Shown here: positions 54,766 to 64,000 of the stretch, in pieces | Layout of the letters: every line of letters begins with the position of its first letter | Numbering within the stretch: position 1 is the stretch's first letter | Assembly: GCA_028534125.1 (NCBI GenBank) | Contig: CM052817.1 | Coordinates: forward strand, 108,192,001 to 108,256,000 | Origin: Lama glama | Lineage: Eukaryota | Reading direction: 5' to 3' | Length of the DNA stretch: 64,000 nucleotides | The notes under the pieces: generated by a model | Databases searched by the model: none | What the model was told of the DNA's origin: nothing | The model's input: only the letters and a program-made list of their open reading frames with translations | Made by a program: the position numbers and the translations under genes

Positions 54766-57749
54766 GTGATGGATAATACTGTGTCCCTCATTCAGATAAT
54801 TGGAATGCCTACCCAACTTTCCTCCTTCATCCAATTATGCCCCCTCCATTCAATTCTCCACAATATAACGAGGATAATTTTTTGAAACACAAATCTTGTC
54901 AAATCTCTCCGAAAAGTAAGTGTTAATTTATCCAAGACTAATCCCCTGCAATGCACCATGGAAACCAGCCACCCCACAGTGTTTAAGACAACTTGTGCAA
55001 GTCAACCACATGTTTGGGTGAATGAATAGTTGATATTTTTTCATCTTGATTTCAATCCAAAATATGAAAGTCAGCTATCCAGTAACATAATCTAACAACC
55101 CAAAGCATAATACAGAGCATTGTTTTAAATTAATTAAACCTCACTGAAAGGATGAGGCCAAGAGTATCATATTCACAAAAATAAATGGTCTATAGACAAA
55201 ATGGACTTGCTTCATGAGTAAGAGCATTGCTAAAATATACGGACATCTTAATAGCCAACTGCAGACCATACATGACAGGCAATGATTTTTACTGACTATT
55301 GTGTTATGTGAAACAAAAGGAAAGCAAGGTTGGCTACTTCTCTCAGTGGCCCTTATTCAGCAAATGTTCCCATTTTCTTCTAAATATTTACTAATCTTCA
55401 GTTCACCTCTGCCTTTCTAGGTGTGTCTGTGCAAGGTATCAATTGCCAACTCCCTTACTACTAATTTTCTGCAGAACAGACTAATATATCTCAGAAAATA
55501 CCTGCATGTGTTTCTTCACATTTAAATACTTCAGCATAAAGCAAAGATGAGATGCCTGACCTTGTCTTATCTTTGTCCTTGTCTGAGTACAGAGGTTGAA
55601 GACACCCTTGCCGGTGTTTGACTGTGCTCACTCTTCACATGCATGCAGAAGCCCTTCCATTGCTGAAACCCTTCTAGGCAAACTCAGCCATGATCTCCTA
55701 CTGTATACATGGATATATGTGTATTGACACATATGTCTTAAACCTCAAGTTTGTTCAGAAATTATTGATTCCATAGGACACAGAAAAATGAGCACTTGCT
55801 ATAAAATTTGCTCTGGGTCTATTTTATTTCACTTCCTGCAAAGAGTTGGCCTGTCATCTAAAAACTATAGGAATATCGGGCAGCATGATTTATTCATGAG
55901 ACCTCCTCTTCCCGTCTGCAGTGAAGTCGCTTCTGGACTGGGAACAGCAGGCCTGGCAAAGGATGGCCAGGCTTGAACACACAGATGCTCTTAATAAGGA
56001 GCCATGCCTTTCATTTTCCATTTGTGTTAGACTCTGGAGTGAGTCATCAAGGGGCCTCCTGGTTACCATGGCCATCTGGAAACACATGGCTTTGTCCCCA
56101 CAACAGGCACAAACTGTACATAACTTCATAAGAAATTACAATTCACCTAACTCAGAAGGCACTTTTTCTCTTCCAGGCAATTCAGCTAATTGTCCAATGA
56201 CCATGACTGTGGAACAACGGCCTTTCTCTCCTGGTCGTCCTTGCTCTGTTGACTATCTCCCCTTCCTATATTGCTGCATCACACATAGTCAACTGTCTAC
56301 TTGCCTGTCCTCTACTTTTCTGGGTATTTCTCTCACAGTGTCCCTCTACCACGCAAACAACAGCCATCTGGTCAACATCACCCACCTCCCTCTCCTTACC
56401 ACACAGCCGTCACCGTCCCTGTCCCCAAATATAACAAGGCTTTCATTGAGATTTACCCCCAGGAACCAGCCAGAACGCTGACTCAGCCTCAGGGATGTTG
56501 CTTACCCAGTCCACTGTGATCATCTCAAGATGAACTGAGAGCCACACTCCTAACACTCCATCCCCAAAATACCCAAGAGGCTCTGCATTCTGCTGCAGAC
56601 CTTCTCCCAATCCAGCCCGGATCCAAGACCCCACTGATGCAACACACAAGGACATGCGTGCACTCCTTTCAAAGACTCCTTGTCTGATTAGAAATGACAT
56701 TACTCATTTTCACCTCTACCTCATTGCCCAGCAATCCTCCAAAATTTAAAGCCATGTCCCTCCCTCTGATCCATCCTCAAAGGAAGGAGATTTACTAGCA
56801 CCGAGAATATTCAAGTAGTGTGTCAGAGCATTGGAAACAATTTCAAAGACAACTTTTTAAAATGAGTGAGACAATACCGCACTCCATACATAGCCATCTT
56901 CTCCGGGTCACCTCTGGAGGCAGAAGAAGGGTCAGAAAAGTCTCAGTCTCACCTCGAGATTGATGACCCAAGCAGTTGCCCATGAAACACTAGTCTGAAT
57001 TTCTGAATGATTAAGCTAATCAGTATTAGAATTGCATTTATGTCTTAAAACTCCAAACTGATTGTAAAATATTAAACAAAGATGCTCTCGATCAGTACGA
57101 CTATAATTAAATATTTAATCTCAACTTTGAGAAACTCAGCAAAGGCAAGTGCTTTGAAAAGACACCTTAGTTCAAACAGCAGGAAGGATAATCTCTGGGG
57201 TCCCAGTAACTTGCTGATTATTCCACTTCTGGGCAATGCGAGCCCAGACGACGAAAGCCAGTAACAACGCTGATGGTGCATCCGACTCACATCTTTTCTC
57301 CTGGGCCATTCTGCTCACTGGTGCTGCCAATGTAGCATCCTCGGTACAGTCAGAGAACCTTGCATGGTTAGTTAGTAGAAAGGGAGAAGCACAGGGCTTG
57401 ATTTATTTTCAGTTTACATTTTTTAATGTACAAATTACCATTCACGTCTATGGAACCTGCAGGCTGCTTCGTAAGCAGGGATGGTGCTTTGCAGGGTGTG
57501 CAAAGTCTGCTGAAAACAGCACCAACAAGCCATCCTAATCTCAGAATATGGAGACCACAGAAAATCTCCCTCATCTTCCATCACGCAACTTCTGGCATTA
57601 CCTCTTTGTAAACAGTGACCTCGATTTTCCTACTGAAATTTCCCTAGTGAGCTCCTAAACACTAAATCCAGTCAGTTTTCCCTCAGATCTAGCTAATTTA
57701 CTAATCAAAATCTTGTTTACATGTTTTCAAATTTTAACTTTTAAAATTA

Positions 57750-59538
57750 TTTGTTCTCATTCTGGGGAAAATGCCATTGGTACTTTAATAGAGATTGCAC
57801 TGACTCTGTAGATTGCCTTGTGTAGTATGGTCACTTGAACAATATTAATTTTTAGAATCCAAGAACACAGTATATTTTCCATCTGTTTGGTCGTCAGATC
57901 GACATTTTCCTGGATGATTTCTTGTATTCCATCACCTTGATCATTTGTGAATTCTTCTGTATCACCTAGTCTACTGTTAATTCCTTCTGGTGTGTTTTTC
58001 ATTTCAGTTACTGTATTCTTTAGTTCTGACTGGTTCTTTTAGATGTTTTTCTAGTTCCTTGTTCAAATTCTCACTGTGTTTAGCTATTCCTCTCCCTAAT
58101 TCAATTAGCCTTCTTACTGCTAATGCTTTGAATTCTTTATCTGGTGAATTATTTTTGTTTTTTTTACGAGTTTTGTTCTTTCAATTGAAACAAATTCTTC
58201 TGTCTTCTCATTCTGCTGAACTTTCTTTGTCTCCATGAAGCTAGGTGAAATAGTCACCTCTTCTGGTCTTTAAAGGTATCTTTGGGGGAGCCCCTCTACA
58301 CAGTCCGTGTGTGCCCACTGGCTTTGGTGGGAGAGCTGGGTCTGATGTGGGTGAGCATGAGTCACGTTTGGCCTGGAGTGCTGGCATCTACCACCTTGGT
58401 AGGAGGTGTGGCTGGGGTTGGAGGGGCTGGAGCCAGTGCCAGGTGTGAGCTGCAGCTTCTCTGCATCTTGGGAGCCTAGACCATCCTACTGGGGGCAGGG
58501 TCAGACCCCCAGCTGTTGGAGCAGAAGCCCCGAGGGTTAGGTCTAAGCTGGCTCCGTCCTCTCTAGGTGTGCGCTGTTCCCTCCCAGCACTGGCACATCG
58601 CCCCCTATGGCAGCATGGCCGCAGTGAGAGGATCTGGTGTGGGCACTCAGCCTGGGTTTGGGCATGGGCTGTGGTGGCCCCGGCCCCAGAGTCCCAGATT
58701 GCTCCTGATCTGCTGCCCCTATAAGTACCAGTAACGACCACCCTCACCCAGCTCAGATGCCATTCCAGGTCTGAGCCACCTCTGCCTCCATCCCTCACGA
58801 CTGGTCGGGCAGCCCTTGCCCTCGTGTGGAGCTGTATTGTGCAGCAAGCGGGGCTGAGTGGTCTCAGAAAACTGGCCGGAGTGCCCTGCAGTTTCAATCT
58901 GCTTCCTCCTCCTTGTTTAGGTACACAGGAGGGTGCTCTTCATGAGGGAGCCTAGGTTCCTACAGCCATTCCGTTAGGATGTTAGTCCCCCTGGTTTTCA
59001 AGCCAGCCTAGAGGACTTGTCTTCCTGGTATCAAACCCTAGGGCCGGGGCACCCAGTACATGGCTCAACCCTCACTTCCCCCAGGGAGGATCCCTACTCA
59101 TGTAACCCCCACTTCTGTGCCCCCTCCCAAGGGCAGGCCCCTGGCTGATCACTTCTCTTCCCTTCCTGCCTGATTCCGTGTGGATCTTTCTTACACCCTT
59201 AGTTGTAGAAGAGTCTTTCTGTCAGTCTCCAGTTAGTTTTCAGTGAGAATTGCTGCACATGTAGACGTATTTTTTCACTTTTTTTTTAACTGAAGTATAG
59301 TCAGTTACAACGTGTCAGTTTCTGGTGCACAGCATCATGTCCCAGTCATACATATACATACATATATTCATTTTCATATTCTTTTTCACCATAGGTTACT
59401 AAAAGATGTTGGATAGAGTCCCCTGTGCTGTACAGAAGGAACTTGTTGCTTATCTCTTGTAGATGTATTTTTGATGTGTTTGTGGGAGGAAGTGAGTCCT
59501 TCATCCTCCACTGTGTCTGCCATCTTGGTCTCAACCTC
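57750..59538 (-). mobile_element. L1 with an intact 5' end, GC-rich 5'UTR, and the ORF1 start joined to an ORF2 fragment
   Basis: CAAGATGGC (YY1-type) motif at 59519-59527; ORF 57757-58002 is an ORF1/ORF2 chimera. Confidence 0.8.
59275..59457 (-). mobile_element. Short L1 3'-end insertion nested in the older L1 5'UTR
   Basis: TSD tgtagaYgtattttt at 59260-59274 and 59458-59472. Confidence 0.8.
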
Positions 59539-60559
59539 AATATAGTACGTTTGTAGCTGGAGTCGACAGCTTAACTCTTATCTCTCACTCTCCAGTGCTA
59601 CCCTCTGCAGAACTTTTAACTCTATATCATTCTGACTAATTCCATAAAAACAAGGAAAGAAAACTTGAAAACATTATCCTATAAATCATGTCTTTGTATT
59701 GACTTTTCCCTTTCTGTTCATGGCACCATAACTATTGCAATCAATTGACTTTTGATACTTCAGAATACTTTTCCAGGTATGAGGAGACAGTATTTCACGT
59801 GACAGGTAAGGTCCTTAATTATATGAAGCCTGTATAGTGTATTTCTTAAGTGTTTCTTGCACTTGAACGTTCTTTTTCTTTCTCCTTGGTTCTGTCAAAC
59901 TAAACTCTTCCCCACCCCTCTCTCACCTTCCTCTAACTCATGTCCTTGTCTTGCTAGTCTTCCTAAAGAACACCACATAAAGGCATTCTCCAAGGATCAG
60001 TCTTCCAATCATTTATCTTCTCTTTTTACACTCTCTTAGTGGTCTCAGCCCTTTTAACAAAGTCAGTTCCATTTGTGTGTGTGTGTGTGAGTGTGCGTGT
60101 GTATGTGTACAAATGTTTCCCAAGCCTGAATCATTACAACAATTATCTCCTTTATTTATTCACTGAGAAAATACACACTGAAAATACATTGCATATTATT
60201 ATGCAGCAAATATATCATCTGCTCTATATATGTATATATAGGACCATATATATTGTAAATGTATACTGCATATGATTAAATTTTAAATCATGTATTTTCA
60301 TAAGTATTTCTTACCGATTTCTTTGCTAGTATGATTTTTAAGCTGAAATGTTAAATTATTTCAATACCTCAAGTGTGAGCTTTCCAGAATAAAAAAAAAT
60401 GAAACAATGAAAAAGAAATGCATAAAATATCACTGTCTTACATTGTTTAAAATCCTGTAACTTTCATCTTAAATGCTAAACCCCATAAAAAAGTTACCAT
60501 CCCGTATCCCAGGACCTTGGGCTTTGACCTTAGATGTGGCAGTTGAAGAGGCTATAAGT

Positions 60560-60770
60560 GAGAACAGCCAGGGATTGAACCCTGGCTTTGCTAGTTTCTA
60601 CTTTGACTTGGTTGGGCAAGTTGTATATTTCACTCTGTCTCAGCTCAGCCAACTGTAAAAGATGGTAATAATATTACCCAATATGTAACTTGGGATGGGA
60701 CCATATGAAAGAAAAAAAAAAAAAGCTGAAACAGTGCTGACAACTAGTAGGCCCCAAATAAATCTCTCGT
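60560..60770 (+). mobile_element. Degraded MIR
   Basis: ttgaaccctggctttgc...tgggcaagtt...ctgtaaaagatggtaataatattacc. Confidence 0.55.
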
Positions 60771-60884
60771 GACCTCCCTTCTTATAGCCCATGTTGTTAT
60801 TAACTGTTTATTCATCGTGCACCAGGATTTTATTCATCCATTTCCTTTAGCACAAAATTCACCCGTTCTCTAAGACAAGTGTTC

Positions 60885-61040
60885 GTGTGTAGCACAGGGG
60901 AGCTATGTTCAATACCTTGTAGTAACCTAGAAGGAGAAAGAATATGAAAACAAATATATATATGTGTATGTGTGACTGAACTACGATGCTGGACACCAGA
61001 CATTAACATGACGTTGCAAACTGACTATACTTCAATAAAA
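60885..61040 (+). mobile_element. Short L1 3'-end fragment
   Basis: tagcacaggggagctatgttcaatacc...aactgactatacttcaataaaa. Confidence 0.8.
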
Positions 61041-61841
61041 ACAATCAAACCCATCTTTTCTCCCCTTCCTTTACCCTCAGAGTGCAAACCGTCACCACAC
61101 ACTGCCCATGCGACATCTCAAATTCTATACTCGCCAGCTCTGCTGACAGTGCCTTAATGCAGCCTTTAACCATTTACTGACTAGTCACTGCAATGACCTC
61201 CCCAACAGCCCCTTTTATCGCGACAGATAGAACACTCCTGCTGAGAGCCATCACTGGGTTCCCATTGCCCAGAGAATGAAGTGCACTCCAGCGCTCGGGT
61301 GGCACCTGCTGTGCGTGGTCTGAGTCACATGCCTCTCCTGCACGTGACCCTAGAGCAATCTGCGTGTCTGCGGATCAGCCAGAGTGAGACGTGCCTAGCT
61401 CTGCCCTTGAACTCTGAGCTAAGTGAGAACAGAGAATGAAGTGTTATTTCTAAGGCACAGCCCAACGTCATGTAATTAGATACCAATTCTTCCCTGGAAC
61501 TGCCCTACCTACCGTCAACTGAACGTGATTCTCCCTGATTGTGAGTCCTGCGTGCACTCTGCCCTTACCTCCCTCGTGACTTGAAGCGCTGTATGTTTGA
61601 GTGCGTGTGCACATGTGTGGGGGCCGGGGGGGTGAATCTGTGACCTCCTGGTGAGCAGGAATCCATGTGACAGCAGGAGAGGCACCTGAACTGGAAGCCC
61701 AGCTCCATCCTTCCCTGACCACCTGGCAGAGGGGCCTCTCAGCCTGAGCCCGCGTTTCCTAACCTGTGCAATGAGAATACTGATTCCTTCCCTACCTGCC
61801 TTGCAGGAATTCCTTCACGTTTAAATTAGTTAACAGACACC

Positions 61842-62010
61842 GTACAGCACAGGGAACTATATTCAACATCTTGTAGTCACCTAGAATGGAAAAGAAGCTG
61901 AAAATGAATATATGTATGTACGTGTACAACTGAAACGTGATGCTGCTGCACATCAGAAATTGACACAACATTGTAAACTGACTACACTTCAATTAAAGAT
62001 AAATAAATAC
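61842..62010 (+). mobile_element. Short L1 3'-end fragment
   Basis: gtacagcacagggaactatattcaac...aactgactacacttcaattaaa. Confidence 0.8.
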
Positions 62011-62011
62011 G

Positions 62012-62164
62012 AGGGGGGAGGGTATAGCTCAGTGATAGAGTGCATGCTTAGCATGCATGAGGTCCTGGGTTCAATCCCCCGTCCCTCCATTAGAAACAAA
62101 CAAATAAATAAATAAACCTAATTACCTGCCCCCCCAAAATAAAATAAAATAAAATAAAAATTTT
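62012..62164 (+). mobile_element. tRNA-Ala-like SINE inserted in an L1 tail, with TSD
   Basis: Near-consensus head; ttaaagataaataaatac at 61993-62010 and 62165-62182. Confidence 0.9.
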
Positions 62165-63141
62165 TTAAAGATAAATAAATACATAAATAAAATAAAATAA
62201 AATAAACATAAATTAGACAATAGAGAAGTGCTGGGGGAAATACAAATCATGAAATAAATGCATGAATGACAACAAACCGAAGCATCATGATTTGTGTGTT
62301 GTCTGCAACACCCAATTTAGGCATTTTCACAAGTCTGTTATTAAATATTTGTGGAATGAATACATGATCTCAACTAACTGTGTAACAAGGGTATAAAACC
62401 ATTTCTAATGATGAAATTTCACTTCTGTTGACCCTGGGGTATTTCTGAAATCACAGCATAACGATATTTTCTTCCTTCACTATCAAATTGCACAAAATTT
62501 AATCTACCATTTTTGTAGTGGGAAAAAAACCCGCAGTTATTACTCCGAGAAGATAATCTTCAGAATATTCATGAAATCTTATTACTTTAAGCTTTCAAAA
62601 TGTATTTGATGTGTGGAAAAGTTGTACCAAGAGAAGTGAAGTTACTAACCTGAAAAAAATACATAGGGCAGGATGCAACTGAAAACCTAAAGGAAAAAGT
62701 CAACTTCTTTGTCCTGAATATTCAGCCAATGACACATTCTGCCCTTGGAAACACCCTCAGGTAGCAAGACAACCTCAAATGTCTTAGTTACATAAGTCAG
62801 TGGAGTAACTCAAGCCTGAACACTTAGCATAAGCAACATCTATTCCTTTCACAAGTGTACTTGCTGGAACCCGTGGGATATGGAACATTCGGTTTCCATA
62901 TAAAAATTTCGGAGGATGTTAAATATGGAACCGTAATTCTTTCAGTCTTGGAGAATTGAGGTAAATTGATATACTCTTCTCATAATGGAAAGGGGTAAAA
63001 CTGCCTACTTTCCATTGGTGGTATTATTTTAAAATGTAGATATCCGTGGGGGCACCTTCTTTTCCCATCAATTGACAGAAAGATTTCACTCTCGGGAGCT
63101 GAGAATTCAGCACCTCTCATAAAACTCACATCTCTTTACGC

Positions 63142-63211
63142 GGGAAGGGGTATAACTCAGTGGTAGAGGGTGTGCTTAGCATGCACGAGGTCCTGGGTTC
63201 AATCCAAAAAA
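63142..63211 (+). mobile_element. 3'-truncated tRNA-Ala-like SINE
   Basis: The head ends at the B box GGTTCAATCC followed by A7; flanked by ctcacatctcttta and ctcatctcttta. Confidence 0.8.
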
Positions 63212-64000
63212 TTCTCATCTCTTTAAAAACCTACACGTGTCCCTCAGAGGCCAGCATGGTTCCGGGGATAGACACTCAGTTTACAGCAAGCGCCTGAAAT
63301 GCTAAATGATCCAAAGACATCATGGAGAATAATAAACATTCACCGCAATGACATTTTCTATAAACGGCCTCACTGATGATTTTTCCCTGTAGCCCTGCCA
63401 CAAATCATTACTATGAGATATTACTCCTCCTTTGCATAGATTCTTATTCCATTTTTCATCCAAATACTAAATCTGGTAGAGCAGCGACCCTCGGGAATCG
63501 AGAACTATGAAGTTGTAATACCACATTTTTCTTCCCCCTCCCAGACATCCATCCTCCCTGACCTCTGCACTGTGTTTGCTGAGTGAGGTGAAATGTCCTA
63601 AGTTTATGGCTGCGGCCCGCATTATTTGCAGCTTGAAAAAAAAATCTATAACGTTTATTCTGGTTTCATTCATCACCTGGGGAGAGCAAGCAATAGCAGA
63701 ACAGGCAGTAATAGGCAATAACTCTCAAGTGAATTTTAATGATGGGTTCTGGACACGTAAATGAAAGAGAATTATCTCTGTTTATACAAGATGCTAGTTT
63801 AAAAAAGACACTCCCATTCTTCATCCCATGGGCACGTATTTGCCCCTCATAAACACACAGAGTTCTCTCCCCTGTGGATTCTTGCTTAACTCGTGCTCTG
63901 TGTCAGTCCTGAGCCCCGCATCTCTGATGCCATGTGATGGGTGAAGCAGGCCGGTCCTCACGTCTGGAGGCCTGGCTTCTAACTCCAGCTGTGACACCAG

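Noticed and set aside
55921..56481. 186-aa plus-strand ORF
   Set aside because: Non-ATG start, no recognisable domain, no splice or compositional support; likely chance.
58388..58897. 169-aa minus-strand ORF
   Set aside because: It lies in a GC-rich L1 5'UTR where stop codons are rare.
60570..60583. gggattgaaccc as a minus-strand SINE B box
   Set aside because: The context fits a plus-strand MIR and has no SINE body.
62012..62090. Possible true tRNA-Ala gene
   Set aside because: It is one of seven diverged copies with A-rich tails and a TSD, so it is a SINE.

Overview
Mammalian genomic DNA holding most of GRIA2 (AMPA receptor subunit GluA2) on the minus strand, from exon 3 (52200) to the 3'UTR (ending near 1444). 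The tRNA-Ala-like SINEs resemble Vic-1, which suggests a camelid. Visible exons have canonical GT-AG boundaries: 3, 7-13, flop, flip, the penultimate exon with alternative donors for the short and long tails, and the last exon. Exons 4-6 were not found and probably lie in a 500-N assembly gap (44282-44781). Both ADAR substrates can be base-paired from the sequence: the Q/R exon-intron duplex with a second intronic stem, and the R/G hairpin. The main oddities, judged against human/rodent GluA2 as I recall it, are at the 3' end. (1) The NSF-binding motif reads [10 protein letters not shown], the non-binding GluA4c/pep4c sequence. (2) The GluA2L tail has lost its stop and its Thr-Pro site, and its new stop abuts a miR-124 site. 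(3) The R/G loop is GCUGA. (4) An AU hairpin covers the flip 3' splice region. Introns carry L1, MIR, L2, a hAT MITE, SINEs and microsatellites. No wholly new system is evident. Orthologue comparisons and exon numbering are from memory and need alignment.
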